A DNA stretch of 23,362 nucleotides from Candidatus Micrarchaeaceae archaeon. GTDB lineage: Archaea; Micrarchaeota; Micrarchaeia; Micrarchaeales; CABMGC01. Both the position numbers and the translations under genes were made by a program. The notes under the pieces are model-generated. The model had not been told where the DNA came from, ran no database searches, and saw only the letters and a program-made list of their open reading frames with translations. Shown in pieces: positions 23,260 to 23,362 of the stretch (position 1 is the stretch's first letter; each line of letters starts with the position of its first letter). The stretch is taken from positions 1 through 23,362 of the forward strand of contig JAVZVY010000013.1 in NCBI GenBank assembly GCA_038878295.1, in the 5' to 3' direction.

Positions 23260-23362
23260 TCAATCCCTCCTGCAAACTGCAGTACTTGCGGGAAAAAGAG
23301 CCTGCTTTGAGCAAAGCACTCCTACAAGATTGTATAGTTTTATGCTTGAATAAGCTTTTATA

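Noticed and set aside
975..23353. Many antisense or overlapping track ORFs (e.g. 975..1187, 1966..2223, 2460..2804, 5346..5741, 14335..14724, 19418..19732, 22985..23353)
   Set aside because: They are shadows of well-supported genes on the opposite strand or frame, with no recognisable motifs.
1..23362. CRISPR array, IS/transposase, integrase, rRNA or defence system
   Set aside because: No regularly spaced repeats, terminal inverted repeats or matching protein motifs were seen; the window is almost fully tiled by housekeeping genes.

Overview
Archaeal core-genome window, most consistent with a small-genome DPANN archaeon of the Micrarchaeota (ARMAN-like). This is an inference from the fragmented ribosomal operons, short RpoD, an 'LQ..(D/E)F/Y.MSYG.AIL' pilin-like protein and a non-canonical tRNA intron. 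It holds three translation/transcription clusters: rpoD-tRNA-Leu-rpl18e-rpl13-rps9-rpoN-tRNA-Pro-rps2; rpl30-rpl15; and rpl1-rplP0-rpl12-tldD-tldE. It also holds four tRNA genes, RNA-handling enzymes (ThpR 2H phosphoesterase, Trbp111/CsaA-like protein, KH-less beta-CASP RNase), two glycosyltransferases, DeoC, a ferredoxin, a frameshifted EamA transporter and surface proteins. No mobile element or CRISPR array was seen. Most notable: (1) a tRNA-Pro with an A34 (AGG) anticodon and a 13-nt BHB/BHL intron at position 53/54, plus an upstream 13-nt antisense copy of its 3' splice junction; (2) a divergent locus with a 42-bp operator-like inverted repeat, an FMN reductase, an unannotated 53-aa duplicated two-TM peptide with intramembrane Asp residues, and a glycosylated surface protein; (3) a probable catalytically dead CheD-fold protein; (4) other tRNAs with C where U is expected.
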